Under the pieces are notes generated by a model. That model saw only the letters and a list, made by a program, of their open reading frames with translations. It was not told where the DNA came from and did no database searches. Made by a program: the position numbers and the translations under genes. This document shows, in pieces, positions 35,670-45,929 of a stretch of DNA of 64,000 nt; position 1 is the first letter of the stretch; each line of letters starts with the position of its first letter. The DNA is from an uncultured bacterium (lineage in GTDB: Bacteria; Patescibacteriota; Doudnabacteria; UBA920), in NCBI GenBank assembly GCA_963749445.1, contig CAVVMJ010000004.1, positions 93,015 through 157,014 on the forward strand, given 5' to 3'.

Positions 35670-36485
35670 ATGACTATGAGCGATAACAATATTATTAAGG
35701 TTAGTAATCTTTCGAGGAAATTCGGGGATTTTAAGGCTGTGGATAACATTTCCTTTGAGGTCAAACAGGGTGAAATTTTCGCTTTTTTGGGGCCGAACGG
35801 AGCGGGAAAATCCACGACCATTAAAATGCTGACAACTTTGCTTAATCCGACTCGCGGCAGCATTGAGCTTAACGGTTTTAACCCCGTAAAAAACGCCAGC
35901 GCGGTGCGCAAGGCTTTTGGCATCGTCTTCCAGGACCCGAGCCTGGACGACGAGTTGACTGCCTGGGAGAACATGGAATTCCACGGCGTGCTTTACGGCG
36001 TGCCCAAAAAATTGCGCCGAGAAAGAATTGAACAACTGATGAATTTTGTGGAGCTGTGGGACCGCAAAGACAGTTTGGTCAAAGAATTTTCCGGCGGCAT
36101 GAAGCGCCGTTTGGAAATCGCCCGCGGGCTGCTCCACCATCCCAAAGTCTTGTTTTTGGACGAACCGACCATTGGGCTGGATCCGCAAACCCGGAACCAC
36201 ATGTGGAATTATTTGCTGGAGCTAAACAAATCCGAAGGCATAACGGTATTTTTTACCACCCACTATATGGAAGAGGCAAGCAAGATTGCCCAGCGGATTG
36301 CCATTATTGACCACGGCAAAATTGTGGCCACCGGCACCACGGAAGCCTTGCAGGCGCAAACCCAAACCGCTTCTTTGGAAGACGCGTTTTTAAAGCTGAC
36401 CGGCAATGTCATCCGCGACGAGGAAGCCAGCGCCACGGACCGCCTGCGCGCGCACCGGCAGTGGCGCGGCGGCGGCCGACGATAA
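35670..36485 (+). CDS. ABC transporter ATP-binding protein (ABC-2/DrrA-like)
   Basis: GPNGAGKSTT, LSGGMKRRL, LFLDEPTIGLDP. Confidence 0.9.
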   Translation: MTMSDNNIIKVSNLSRKFGDFKAVDNISFEVKQGEIFAFLGPNGAGKSTTIKMLTTLLNPTRGSIELNGFNPVKNASAVRKAFGIVFQDPSLDDELTAWENMEFHGVLYGVPKKLRRERIEQLMNFVELWDRKDSLVKEFSGGMKRRLEIARGLLHHPKVLFLDEPTIGLDPQTRNHMWNYLLELNKSEGITVFFTTHYMEEASKIAQRIAIIDHGKIVATGTTEALQAQTQTASLEDAFLKLTGNVIRDEEASATDRLRAHRQWRGGGRR

Positions 36486-36486
36486 G

Positions 36487-36605
36487 GTTTTGGTTGTAAG
36501 GTATGGCGGCCAGTATAGTAATAGGTTTTGGGTTGTAAGTAACTTATAACTTTTTACCTACAACTATACTGGCGGCCACAACTTAAAGCTTATTACTTTT
36601 TAAAA
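36487..36605. repeat. large hairpin repeat, GGCGGCCAGTAC family (copy e)
   Basis: gtatggcggccagtatagtaatagg...ctatactggcggccacaactt. Confidence 0.7.
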
Positions 36606-36607
36606 CC

Positions 36608-37354
36608 ATGAAAACCATCTACATAATGTGGCTTAGGGAACTGAAGCGCTATTTCCGTTCCAAATCTAGAATGATCGGGTCTTTGGGCCAGCCGATATTG
36701 TTTTTGCTGGCTTTAGGCTATGGGCTTGGCGCGACTTTCCAAAAAGCCGGCGAGGGTAATTATATTAATTTTTTGGCGCCCGGCGTGATTGGCATGAGCA
36801 TTATTTTTACCTCCATTTTTTCCGGCATTCAGGTAATTTGGGACCGTCAGTTCGGGTTTTTAAAAGAGACCATGGTTGCGCCGGTTTCGCGCTTTAACAT
36901 TATGATCGGCCGCACGCTTGGCGGCGCCACCATAGCGACGCTGCAGGGAATTATTGTGTTTTGCCTGGCTTTGGTTCCGGGTTTTCGGCCGTACAATTGG
37001 GCGCTGGTTTTTCCGCTGGTGTTGGTGATGCTGCTGGTCGGGACCATGTTTACGGCTTTGGGAACTGCCATTGCTTCTCAGCTGGAGGATATGCAGGGTT
37101 TTCAGCTGATTATGAATTTTTTGGTGATGCCGTTATTTTTCCTGTCCGGCGCTTTGTTTCCGCTTACGGGCTTGCCAAGCGCGCTGTTAATCGTAACTAA
37201 AGTTGACCCTTTGTCTTACGGCATTGACGCTTTTAGGATACTTCTTTCCCACGCCGGAACCTCCAGTTTGGGTTTGGACCTTTCCGTGCTTTTTGTAATT
37301 ACTTTGGTATTTTTATCAGTTGGCAGTTATTTGTTTTCCAAGATTGAAATTTAA
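36608..37354 (+). CDS. ABC-2 type transporter permease
   Basis: 6 TM helices, follows ABC ATPase. Confidence 0.8.
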   Translation: MKTIYIMWLRELKRYFRSKSRMIGSLGQPILFLLALGYGLGATFQKAGEGNYINFLAPGVIGMSIIFTSIFSGIQVIWDRQFGFLKETMVAPVSRFNIMIGRTLGGATIATLQGIIVFCLALVPGFRPYNWALVFPLVLVMLLVGTMFTALGTAIASQLEDMQGFQLIMNFLVMPLFFLSGALFPLTGLPSALLIVTKVDPLSYGIDAFRILLSHAGTSSLGLDLSVLFVITLVFLSVGSYLFSKIEI

Positions 37355-37591
37355 GGCCACCGGCCACCCTCGGAATATCGGCAAAACCGCGGAGCCTCTC
37401 TCCTTTTGAGGAGAGATGTCCCGCGCTTTGTTTAAGAATTATAATAGCCAAAGCGAGGGACAGAGAGGTTGCCTGGCTTGATTATTGCAACCTCTCCCTA
37501 GCCTCCCCTCACCACTTCGGCTTCGCTCAGGGTGACCCTGAGCCTTGCCGAAAGGGTCAAAAGGGGAGGGAGCTCCGCAGATAATCCAAAT

Positions 37592-37623
37592 AAAAAACTC
37601 TCCAAATCGGAGAGCTTTTTATT
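37592..37623. terminator. bidirectional rho-independent terminator (after permease on +, after rpmA on -)
   Basis: aaaaaactctccaaatcggagagcttttt. Confidence 0.65.
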
Positions 37624-37633
37624 ATCAGAAAAT

Positions 37634-37915
37634 TTATCTGGCCGCGACCACGTTGACAATTTTTGTCTTCCGCAAATTACCGTGGAAGCGTTTTGTCATC
37701 CGGTGCTGGAATTTAACCAAACCGTCCATCATGGAATACAGGGTGGAGTCGCCGCCGATTTTAACATTTTTGCCGGGCGTGTATTTGGTGCCTTTTTGGC
37801 GGACAATAATTTGGCCTTTTTTAACGGCCTGGTCGCCGAAAATTTTAACGCCTAAGCGCTTACTTACCGAATCGCGGCCTAAAGCTGTACTGCCGCCTGC
37901 TTTTTTATGAGCCAT
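37634..37915 (-). CDS. rpmA: 50S ribosomal protein L27
   Basis: [32 protein letters not shown]. Confidence 0.9.
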   Translation of the reverse strand: MAHKKAGGSTALGRDSVSKRLGVKIFGDQAVKKGQIIVRQKGTKYTPGKNVKIGGDSTLYSMMDGLVKFQHRMTKRFHGNLRKTKIVNVVAAR

Positions 37916-37988
37916 TGTTTACCTAGCATTTAGCATATAGCAATTAGCATTTAGCTTAACCGCTAACTGCTAACCGCTAGTTGCCGTA

Positions 37989-39332
37989 TTAAGATTTTTC
38001 AAAAATTATAATTTCCCTTGCCACAATCTGGTCTTTCCGGTCGTAAATTGCCGTGCCCCTGTCAGTTAATTTGAGAAAGGGGAGCTTGTGTGCTATTGCG
38101 GCCGGAATAATATCCATCAAATTATATCCTAAAGCCGCGGCAAAGTCAAGGCTTGGGAACATTTCGTAGGCGTCGCGGTTTTTGCGGTAAGCGGGCAGGC
38201 ACATCACAATTTTGCCTTGCTTCGGCAGGAATTTGGCAAATTCTTTGAAACTGGCTTTGTAAAGTTTTTCCAGTTCCTTAAAGTTTTTGGCGATTTCGTC
38301 AGTTTTTGGATATTGGCCGTAGAGCGGCCCGAGCGTGCCTTCGGTGACAATCGCGGCGATTTGGTTTTTGGATTTTTCAATTAAGCCGGCGACTTTAGCC
38401 GCGTCCGAAACCTCCACGCCGTATTTGCCCGGCGCGATTTTGTAGCGATTGCGGAACCATTCCAAATTTTGCTCACTGCCACGGATGGCGATTTTGTTGA
38501 TGTCGCTGCCTATCATCCGGTATCCTAAAAGCAGGCCTTCCTGGATAATGGTGCCAATGCCGCAGAACGGATCCAAAATTGTCTCGCCGGCTTTGGTGCC
38601 GGCCAGATTGAGCATTATCTGCGCCACTTTGGGCGGAATCATGCCTTGCTTTTCGTCACGGGCCGGGCGCTGGTAATCGCGGCGGCCGTAATCTTCAAAA
38701 TCCTGCACGCAAAGGGTCTTGGCCACGTGCACCGCGTTTTTGGAGGCCAGTAAACAAATCTCCGCGCCTTTTTGCAGTAGCAAATTTTTGGTAACCACCA
38801 CCGAGGCCAAAGACAGGGAATTAAATTCCGGCAAAACCAGGCGCACGCTTTCGCCCATGTCGGTAAGCGAATTTTTTATCATCATGCCCAGGCGCTTGGG
38901 TTCGGCGAAGATGTTGTTGAAAATTTTATCAGTGGCACCCGGGCGAGCTGGGGCGGGCCGTTTGGCCAAGTCCATATCCAACAAATAAACGCTGACGCCG
39001 AACTGGATTTTGCCTTTGTAGTTTTTAAAAAATTGTTTTTTGATGACGCTGGGCTTAAAGTAGTGACGGAGCGCGAAGTTTACCGAGTCCTGTTCGCGTT
39101 TTCTGACGCTGTCTGAAACCAGCAGAATTTTAATCACCCCGCCGAGTTTTTTTTGCAGCTTTTCGGTTTGCAGGGGAGTGTCAGTTTCAACCATCAAGAC
39201 TTCCGGCGAAGCCTCCAGCAGCTTAACCGGCGTTCCCGACAAGCCCAAAACCGGATCCGGCCTTTCCAATACTGCCAAAAGTTCAGCCACGGATAAAGTA
39301 TAAACCCTCCCTAAAACAAAAGCGTATTTCAT
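37989..39332 (-). CDS. THUMP-domain RNA (tRNA m2G-type, Trm11/TrmN-like) methyltransferase
   Basis: N-terminal THUMP-like region, SAM motif I ILDPFCGIGTIIQEG, motif IV-like region. Confidence 0.65.
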   Translation of the reverse strand: MKYAFVLGRVYTLSVAELLAVLERPDPVLGLSGTPVKLLEASPEVLMVETDTPLQTEKLQKKLGGVIKILLVSDSVRKREQDSVNFALRHYFKPSVIKKQFFKNYKGKIQFGVSVYLLDMDLAKRPAPARPGATDKIFNNIFAEPKRLGMMIKNSLTDMGESVRLVLPEFNSLSLASVVVTKNLLLQKGAEICLLASKNAVHVAKTLCVQDFEDYGRRDYQRPARDEKQGMIPPKVAQIMLNLAGTKAGETILDPFCGIGTIIQEGLLLGYRMIGSDINKIAIRGSEQNLEWFRNRYKIAPGKYGVEVSDAAKVAGLIEKSKNQIAAIVTEGTLGPLYGQYPKTDEIAKNFKELEKLYKASFKEFAKFLPKQGKIVMCLPAYRKNRDAYEMFPSLDFAAALGYNLMDIIPAAIAHKLPFLKLTDRGTAIYDRKDQIVAREIIIFEKS

Positions 39333-39379
39333 CTTAACAAATTTGTGTTATACTAAATTAAATGGTTTGGTCTGCGGTC

Positions 39380-39478
39380 TTGATGGGCATCTTCATGGTT
39401 CCACAAACCTCAATCAATAACTATCCGGTAATGATAAATAACGGTCGAGGGTTGTATTGGCATGAAGATGCCCATCAA
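39380..39478. mobile_element. MITE-like 99-bp element, copy 5
   Basis: ttgatgggcatcttcatggttccacaaacc...ggcatgaagatgcccatcaa. Confidence 0.85.
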
Positions 39479-39499
39479 GCGAGACAGAGTTTAATCAGA

Positions 39500-39901
39500 A
39501 TGTTCACTTACGTCGAAATCAAAAGCTGGCTTTCAGAAAAAGAAAATAAGCAGAAAATCATTTATGGTATCTGCTTTATTTTAGTGTTTATTATCGGTTT
39601 CGGCACCGGAAAGCTTAATCAGGATAGTTACGGGTTAACATCACAAAAGCAAGTTAATTATAGCACAAAATCAACATCAAATCCAGCTCCGGCCGCCGCT
39701 AGCAAGGCGGGGGACAACGCCACTTTGGTTAAAGGCACCAGCACGCCGGCCAGCTGTGTGATTAAGGGCAATATCAACTCCAAAGGTTATAAAATTTACC
39801 ACGTTCCCGGCGGCCAGTATTATAAAATCGTCAAACCCGAGCAGTGTTTTAATACGGAAGCCGAGGCTCAGGCCGCGGGATTTGTGAAGTCTTCTCGGTA
39901 A
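39500..39901 (+). CDS. small membrane-anchored protein with conserved Cys-containing C-terminal motif
   Basis: start MFTYVEIKS after MITE; TM helix; C-term CVIKGNINSKGYKIYHVPGGQYYKIVKPEQCFNTEAEAQAAGF. Confidence 0.35.
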   Translation: MFTYVEIKSWLSEKENKQKIIYGICFILVFIIGFGTGKLNQDSYGLTSQKQVNYSTKSTSNPAPAAASKAGDNATLVKGTSTPASCVIKGNINSKGYKIYHVPGGQYYKIVKPEQCFNTEAEAQAAGFVKSSR

Positions 39902-39934
39902 GATTGAGATTATGGAGTTATATTATATTTATGT

Positions 39935-40033
39935 TTGATGGGCATTTTCGTGGTTCCACAAACCGCAATTAATAATTATTGGATGACGATAAACAACGGT
40001 CGAGGATTGGGTTGACACGAAGATGCCCATCAA
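39935..40033. mobile_element. MITE-like 99-bp element, copy 6 (abuts the 5' end of the desulfurase gene)
   Basis: ttgatgggcattttcgtggttccacaaaccg...gacacgaagatgcccatcaa. Confidence 0.85.
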
Positions 40034-40065
40034 AGCTATGTATTTTTAAAATTCTTATAATCATT

Positions 40066-41307
40066 TTGCCTAAAGCGAAGAAATTAAAGAATTCAATTTA
40101 CCTTGATTACGCCGCGACCACGCCGGTTGACCCGGCGGTTTTAGATGCGATGCGGCCTTATTGGAGCAAGGCTTTTGGCAATCCCAGCAGCCTTTATAAA
40201 CAGGGGATGGAGGCAAAAAAGGCGGTTGATAATTCCCGAAAAACCATCGCGGATATTTTGGGAGCACGGCCATCGGAAATTATTTTTACCGCCGGCGGCA
40301 CGGAAAGCTGTAACCTCGCCATACTAGGAGTTGCCAATATGGCGAGACGAAAGAACACGAACAGAAAGACGAAAAAACACGAAAAATTTCATATCATCAC
40401 TTCTTCGATTGAGCACCATGCCGTGTTAAAACCAATTGAGGCACTGAAAGGGGAGGGGTATAAAATTACCATCCTTGATGTTGATTCTGACGGGCTGATA
40501 AATATCAGGGGTTTGGAAAAAGCAATTCGTCCGGAAACTGTTTTGGTTTCTATTATGTATGCCAACAATGAGATCGGAACAATAGAGCCAATCACGGAGA
40601 TAGGGAAGCGGATAGCACGGATTAATATCGATCGCAGAAAGAAAAATCATCCGCCAATCATTTTTCACACCGACGCGTGCCAGGCAGCCGGCAGTTTGGA
40701 TTTGAAAGTTAACCGGCTAAATGTGGACTTGATGTCAGTCAACGGCAGTAAAATTTATGGTCCAAAACAAAGCGGCTTTTTATTTGTTAGGAACGGGGTG
40801 AATTTAAAGCCATTGATTTACGGCGGCGGACAGGAGCGGAATTTGCGCAGCGGCACGGAAAACGTTGCGGGCATTGTCGGTTTAGCTAAAGCTTTGGCGT
40901 TGGCACAGAAAAATAGAAAAATAGAGAATAAGAGAATTAGTAGATTACAGTCCTATTTTATCGATGAGCTGACCAAAATCCAGGGGGTTCAACTAAATGG
41001 CCCTGTGGCTGGCAACCAAAGGCTGGCTAACAATCTTAACGTAACGATTAAAGGCGTGGAAGGCGAAGCCTTGATGTTGTATTTGGACGCTTATGGGATT
41101 GCGGTTTCCACGGGCAGCGCCTGCACTACCGGCCTGGCTGACCCATCCCATGCCCTGATGGCTATCGGATGTACTCCGGAGCAGGCCAAGAGCAGTATCC
41201 GGTTGACTATGGGCAAACAGACCACCAAAAGGCAGATTGATTATGTGTTAAAGGCTTTGTCGCCGTTAATAAAGCAGCTTCGGAAAACCAAAAACTTTTT
41301 ATTATAG
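40066..41307 (+). CDS. cysteine desulfurase (IscS/NifS family); probable TTG start just after MITE
   Basis: YLDYAATTP, PLP-Lys region SVNGSKIYGPK, catalytic Cys STGSACTTG; Lys-rich insert RRKNTNRKTKKHEK. Confidence 0.8.
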   Translation: MPKAKKLKNSIYLDYAATTPVDPAVLDAMRPYWSKAFGNPSSLYKQGMEAKKAVDNSRKTIADILGARPSEIIFTAGGTESCNLAILGVANMARRKNTNRKTKKHEKFHIITSSIEHHAVLKPIEALKGEGYKITILDVDSDGLINIRGLEKAIRPETVLVSIMYANNEIGTIEPITEIGKRIARINIDRRKKNHPPIIFHTDACQAAGSLDLKVNRLNVDLMSVNGSKIYGPKQSGFLFVRNGVNLKPLIYGGGQERNLRSGTENVAGIVGLAKALALAQKNRKIENKRISRLQSYFIDELTKIQGVQLNGPVAGNQRLANNLNVTIKGVEGEALMLYLDAYGIAVSTGSACTTGLADPSHALMAIGCTPEQAKSSIRLTMGKQTTKRQIDYVLKALSPLIKQLRKTKNFLL

Positions 41308-41575
41308 ACGTACGGTTAATTAAAAATATTGTTTTTGACAACATCGGGGGAGTGTAGCCTTAATAAAAAACCGTCCTTATAATCAAGGGCGGATTTTTTA
41401 TGAAAAAATTTTTACCAAAGCAAAATATTTTTGATTCAATAATCAGTAATTGGGCTATTTATTGGGGTATTAGGGAAAGACCGATAAATTGACTCAAGGG
41501 GATAGCCAAACAAAAATATCTATCACGTCGCGCAATGTATCTTCTGCGACGAGCAATATAAGAAAGTCCTATAAA

Positions 41576-42655
41576 TTAACGGATCGGGCCAAATTGTTGA
41601 TAGCAGCCTAAGACTTTAGGCGCGTAATTTCTACTTTCATTATAACCGGTATTTGGCACATTATGCGCGGTATCGTCGTACAGGCATTCCCACGCTCTCA
41701 TTGGATTAGTGCCATCACAACTGGTGCCTGTACAGTCAACGCTTTGCGCGCAAGCTTTTGTTCCGCCATTATAACCGGCGGCGATATTTAAAACTCCGCT
41801 GCAGCTTGACGAAAGGGTTTGAAGATATTGGGCTCCGAGGCAAATAACCTGGCTGGCGTTGCTTGGATTGGTAAGCCAGCCGGAATCGACAGTTACGTTG
41901 ATGCCGCAGGCCGATTTATAACTGGAGTTGTTAGCTGTATCAACTTGTAGCTGCATTAATCCGTAAGAATTAGCCCCGGAGGCCGCACCGGGCTTACAAG
42001 ACGATTCATTGACCATAATTGCTTTAATTAAGGAGGCCGCATCTACTCCGCTGATGGAAACTTTTTGTGCGGCAGCGGTGATAGCATTGTTATATTGATC
42101 ACAAGCGGAATTTGTACATGAGAGACCTGACGGCGCTTGGCAGATAGCGGCGTTTACCGTAGCCGCCCCTCCTGCCGCCGGCGCTCCTGTAGTCGGGGTT
42201 GTCACTCCCGGCGTCACTACTACGCTGGGCGGTTGGATGGATTGGAAGCGCAAGAGGTCGGGATTTAAAGCCCTAAGCAGGACATAGCCGCCAAACAGAA
42301 TGACCATGGCCGTTATGGAGCTGATAAACATGCTTTTAGCGTTGTCTATGGTTTCCTGGTTGCCATCTGATGCCATGTATCGGTACCCGGCGATGACAAT
42401 GAACAAAATCGCCACCACGCTGCCCGCGGCAATGGCGAAACGGTAAAGTTTGTTAATGCAGGTAAATAAATCCGTGCCGACCGTATTGGTGGGCGCGCAA
42501 AGATATTGCTCAATCTGGCTGGAAACGCCGGAATACACAGGCGGGTTGGTCACCGAAGGCGAATTTTGCGCGTAAGCCAAATTGATGTGTGCCAACAAAA
42601 GCTGTGTCGCAATCAGGATAATAAAGAAAGTTTTAATCTTTTGGCGTTTATTCAT
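41576..42655 (-). CDS. secreted fusion protein: N-terminal TrbC/VirB2-like pilin-type double-TM domain + C-terminal lytic transglycosylase (SLT) domain
   Basis: signal peptide, two adjacent hydrophobic helices (AIAAGSVVAILFIVIAGY / ITAMVILFGGYVLL), Thr/Pro-rich linker, SLT motifs ..IMVNESSCKPG..SYGLMQLQ.. Confidence 0.5.
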   Translation of the reverse strand: MNKRQKIKTFFIILIATQLLLAHINLAYAQNSPSVTNPPVYSGVSSQIEQYLCAPTNTVGTDLFTCINKLYRFAIAAGSVVAILFIVIAGYRYMASDGNQETIDNAKSMFISSITAMVILFGGYVLLRALNPDLLRFQSIQPPSVVVTPGVTTPTTGAPAAGGAATVNAAICQAPSGLSCTNSACDQYNNAITAAAQKVSISGVDAASLIKAIMVNESSCKPGAASGANSYGLMQLQVDTANNSSYKSACGINVTVDSGWLTNPSNASQVICLGAQYLQTLSSSCSGVLNIAAGYNGGTKACAQSVDCTGTSCDGTNPMRAWECLYDDTAHNVPNTGYNESRNYAPKVLGCYQQFGPIR

Positions 42656-42669
42656 TTTAGCGTGTTATG

Positions 42670-42768
42670 TTGATGGGCATCTTCGTGCCAATGCAACCCT
42701 CGACCATTGTTTATCGTCGGCCGATAATTACCGTCTGACGTTTGTGGAACCACGAAGATGCCCATCAA
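42670..42768. mobile_element. MITE-like 99-bp element, copy 7
   Basis: ttgatgggcatcttcgtgccaatgcaaccctcgacc...gtggaaccacgaagatgcccatcaa. Confidence 0.85.
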
Positions 42769-42785
42769 TCGTAAACCCTATTTAT

Positions 42786-44195
42786 TTATTGCGCTGGCAA
42801 AAAATCCAATGGGTTATAAGTATAGCCGTAAGGGATTTTATACGGGCCGTAAATTTTGGTGTAAGCTCCGGATTTAACCCCGAAACCATCAACATCGTAA
42901 ACCCCGAAGTGCGCGTGGTATCCCCTCTCCGGACCGTAAAGTTTGGCGGTGGTGTTGCCGGTGTTGCCCTCGTAACCAATAAGATCGCCTTGTTTGACGG
43001 ACTGACCCGGAGAGACTATAAAGCTGCGAAAGTGCGCGTAAAGGGTAATAATGTTAACTTGGCCGTTTGGGCCGCTGAGCGAATGTTTGATGGCGACCCA
43101 GTTGCCGAATTCCGTATCCGAGCGGTCTGTGTCATAAACCACACCGTCGGCCGCGGCGTAAACCGGCGAACCGGCCGGCCCGGCAACATCTATGCCGTTG
43201 TGAAAAGTATAGCCTAAAGCGGTAAAACCGGTGTTGCCGTACCCTTGGGTCAAAATGCCGTCAACCGGCCACTCCAGAAGCCCGGCTCCGGCCGGCGTGG
43301 CTTTGTTGCCGAGCTTGGCGCGGATTTGGTTGTCCAAATCGTTGACTTCTTTTTGCAAGTCAGCCGCGCTTTGCTTGCTGGAGACAAGAAGTTTTTGATA
43401 GTTACTTTCCAGCCCGCGGGTCTGGTTGAGCAGCTGCTGTTTTTGGTCGCGCTGTTCGGACAGCGAATCTTGGGTAATTTGCAGCTCGTTTTGTAATTCC
43501 TGCAGGGTTTTTAGTTGTGCCTTTAAGCTGTCTTGCGTGGACTGAAGCTGGGCCTTTAAGTCTTTGATTTTTTGCACCAGCTGGTAAATTTTGTCCTGGT
43601 AGTCCTTGGTGTACTGGATTTGGTCCAAAAAATCGGAAAGGTTGTCGCTGCCGATTGTGGTTTTCAGCCCGTATTCGGTGTCGTATTCGTTTAGCTCTAC
43701 GATGAGCGCGGACAGGATTTGCCGGTTTTGGGCGATTTCGTTATTTTTTTCTTCTATGGCCTGCTCTAGCTGCTGGATTTGCAAATTGACGTCGTCTTCT
43801 TGGGTTTGCTTGGCTTCTATTTCCAGCTGGGTGGAAGCGATTTGTTTGTCAAAAACCAGAATGGCGTTTCTGAGCGTGTCGGCGGATTTTTGCGTCGTTG
43901 CGATTTGCTGCTGGTACTGCTTAATTTGCCGGTTTATCTGGTCCAGCTTGATTTGGTTGGCGGATTTTTGGGCGTTTAAATCGTCAACGCTGGTGTCCGC
44001 TCTGACAACAGAAAAACTTAAAACCAGCGCCAAAATAAGGATGAAGGCGAATTTTGGTTTTACCCGCCTAAATTTGAAAGAGTTGATGGGAAAAATGCCG
44101 TGGCCGTTTTTGTTTGGTGCAAGGGCGTTTTTTCCATCACGGGAGATTTTTTCAAATTTTGGCGGGTTAATGTTGGTTTCTTTTCCATAAAGCAT
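42786..44195 (-). CDS. M23 (LytM) peptidase with long N-terminal coiled coil (EnvC-like)
   Basis: N-terminal TM, ~280 aa Q/L-rich coiled coil, C-terminal HNGIDV...LYAH (HxxxD / HxH M23 motifs). Confidence 0.8.
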   Translation of the reverse strand: MLYGKETNINPPKFEKISRDGKNALAPNKNGHGIFPINSFKFRRVKPKFAFILILALVLSFSVVRADTSVDDLNAQKSANQIKLDQINRQIKQYQQQIATTQKSADTLRNAILVFDKQIASTQLEIEAKQTQEDDVNLQIQQLEQAIEEKNNEIAQNRQILSALIVELNEYDTEYGLKTTIGSDNLSDFLDQIQYTKDYQDKIYQLVQKIKDLKAQLQSTQDSLKAQLKTLQELQNELQITQDSLSEQRDQKQQLLNQTRGLESNYQKLLVSSKQSAADLQKEVNDLDNQIRAKLGNKATPAGAGLLEWPVDGILTQGYGNTGFTALGYTFHNGIDVAGPAGSPVYAAADGVVYDTDRSDTEFGNWVAIKHSLSGPNGQVNIITLYAHFRSFIVSPGQSVKQGDLIGYEGNTGNTTAKLYGPERGYHAHFGVYDVDGFGVKSGAYTKIYGPYKIPYGYTYNPLDFLPAQ

Positions 44196-44251
44196 CGGTT
44201 AAATTATACTACAATTTTGGGGTTTTGGCAATTTTGGGCTTAATTGTATCA

Positions 44252-44336
44252 GAAATTGCGAGCCCCGATGCAGAGGGGCGCGGCAATCCCGTAAAATGTC
44301 GGGATTGCTTCGTCGGATGCACTCCTCGCAATTTCC
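44252..44336. repeat. GAAATTGCGAG hairpin-repeat family copy
   Basis: gaaattgcgagccccgatgcagaggggcgcggcaatccc...gggattgcttcgtcggatgcactcctcgcaatttcc. Confidence 0.7.
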
Positions 44337-44343
44337 GGATATT

Positions 44344-45888
44344 TTAAGACAATTTTTTTATGGCGCATTTTATCCGGCTCAAAATTTCCGGCTTGCCTGG
44401 TCCAATTGCTAAAGTCGCGGCCACCTCAAACGGCCCCGGGCTTTTGTCCGCTCCAGTCAAAGCGACCCTTAGCGGCCACAGGACTGAACCATTGTCAAAA
44501 TTATTATCCAATATAAATTTTTTGATTTGCGTTTCCAGATTTTCGCGGCTGAAATCCGTCATCAAGTTAAATAAATCGGATAATTCCTGCAAAGCCTGTT
44601 TGGTTTTTTCTTTATTCGATTTTTTCCAGACGAGTAGCCCGGCGTCGTAATCAGGCGCCGCAAAAAAGTAGCGCGTCCTCTCCCCTATCTCGGAAAGTTT
44701 TTTGAGGCGTTCTTTTTCCAACGTTGTTATGGCAGTTAGGTAATTTTTTCCAGACGTATTTTTAACGGCCGTTAAAAATACGTCTGTTTTGCCGATTGTT
44801 AAATCGTTTTGCCAATAGGGAATAAGCCGGTCAGTTAACTCTTCTATCGGCATTTGGCGGACGTAATGGCTGTTTACCCAATCCAGTTTGTTAATGTCAA
44901 AAATCGCGGGAGATTTGTTGATTTTTGCCAAATCAAAATCGCCGATCAATTCTTTCATCGACGGATAAAATTCTTTTTCGGTTTTTGGGTTCCAGCCCAA
45001 AAACGCCACAAAATTTATCAGTGCTTCTTTTAAATAGCCTTTAGCCAAAAAATCTTCCACCAATACGTCACCCTGGCGTTTGCTTAATTTGGTTTTATCC
45101 GGATTGACGATTAACGGCAAGTGCGCGAACTGCGTCGGCTCCCAGCCGAGCGCCTGGTAAATCAGCAAATGCTTGGGTGTGGACGGAATCCATTCCTCGC
45201 CGCGGATCACGTGGCTGATTTGCATATAATGGTCGTCCACAACCACGGCCAAATGATAGGTTGGGAAGCCGTCGGATTTAATGATGACCTGATCATCCAA
45301 AATTTTGTGTTCATAGGTAATGTCGCCATAAACAATATCGTGAACCACAGTTTGGCCTTCCAGTGGGATGGCAAAACGGATTACCGGATTTTTACCCGCG
45401 GCCTTGAATTCCTCAAGTTGTTTTTTTACTTCGTCGGCTTTTAAATTCCGGCAGTGCCGGTCGTACATCGGCGGTTTTTTTAAAGCCGTTTGTTCCTTGC
45501 GCAAATCTTCCAGCCTTTGCTCGCTGCAAAAACAATAATAGGCTTTGCCTTTGGCGATTAATTCCTGCGCGTGCCGCTGATATTTATCAAGCCGTTTGGA
45601 TTGCAGATATGGCCCAAATTTACCCCTCTCCCCTACTCCGTCGTTATTTTGTAAATAAAAACCTTCATCAAATTCCACGCCCAAGGTTTTCATCACGCCT
45701 AATAAATTTTCCAGCGCGCCTTCCACTAACCGATTCTGGTCGGTATCTTCAATCCTTAAAATATTAACGCCGTTGTTGTGGCGCGCGAAAAGATACGCGA
45801 ACAGCGCGGTGCGCAAACTGCCAATGTGAACAAACCCCGTGGGGCTGGGCGCGAACCGCGTGCGTATTGCGGAATTTTTATCAGTCAT
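44344..45888 (-). CDS. gltX: glutamyl-tRNA synthetase
   Basis: IRTRFAPSPTGFVHIGSLRTALF (HIGH), KLSKR (KMSKS). Confidence 0.95.
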   Translation of the reverse strand: MTDKNSAIRTRFAPSPTGFVHIGSLRTALFAYLFARHNNGVNILRIEDTDQNRLVEGALENLLGVMKTLGVEFDEGFYLQNNDGVGERGKFGPYLQSKRLDKYQRHAQELIAKGKAYYCFCSEQRLEDLRKEQTALKKPPMYDRHCRNLKADEVKKQLEEFKAAGKNPVIRFAIPLEGQTVVHDIVYGDITYEHKILDDQVIIKSDGFPTYHLAVVVDDHYMQISHVIRGEEWIPSTPKHLLIYQALGWEPTQFAHLPLIVNPDKTKLSKRQGDVLVEDFLAKGYLKEALINFVAFLGWNPKTEKEFYPSMKELIGDFDLAKINKSPAIFDINKLDWVNSHYVRQMPIEELTDRLIPYWQNDLTIGKTDVFLTAVKNTSGKNYLTAITTLEKERLKKLSEIGERTRYFFAAPDYDAGLLVWKKSNKEKTKQALQELSDLFNLMTDFSRENLETQIKKFILDNNFDNGSVLWPLRVALTGADKSPGPFEVAATLAIGPGKPEILSRIKCAIKKLS

Positions 45889-45929
45889 ATTCGTCGTATA
45901 AGTCTTATTTGTCCTATTATTTTACCATT

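Noticed and set aside
35372-36200. 200/208-aa minus ORFs overlapping ABC ATPase gene
   Set aside because: Antisense to a high-confidence Walker A/B ABC ATPase; start in MITE copy; artefact.
42582-43217. 211-aa plus-strand ORF overlapping SLT-fusion gene end and M23 gene
   Set aside because: Antisense to two well-supported minus-strand genes and spans a MITE copy.
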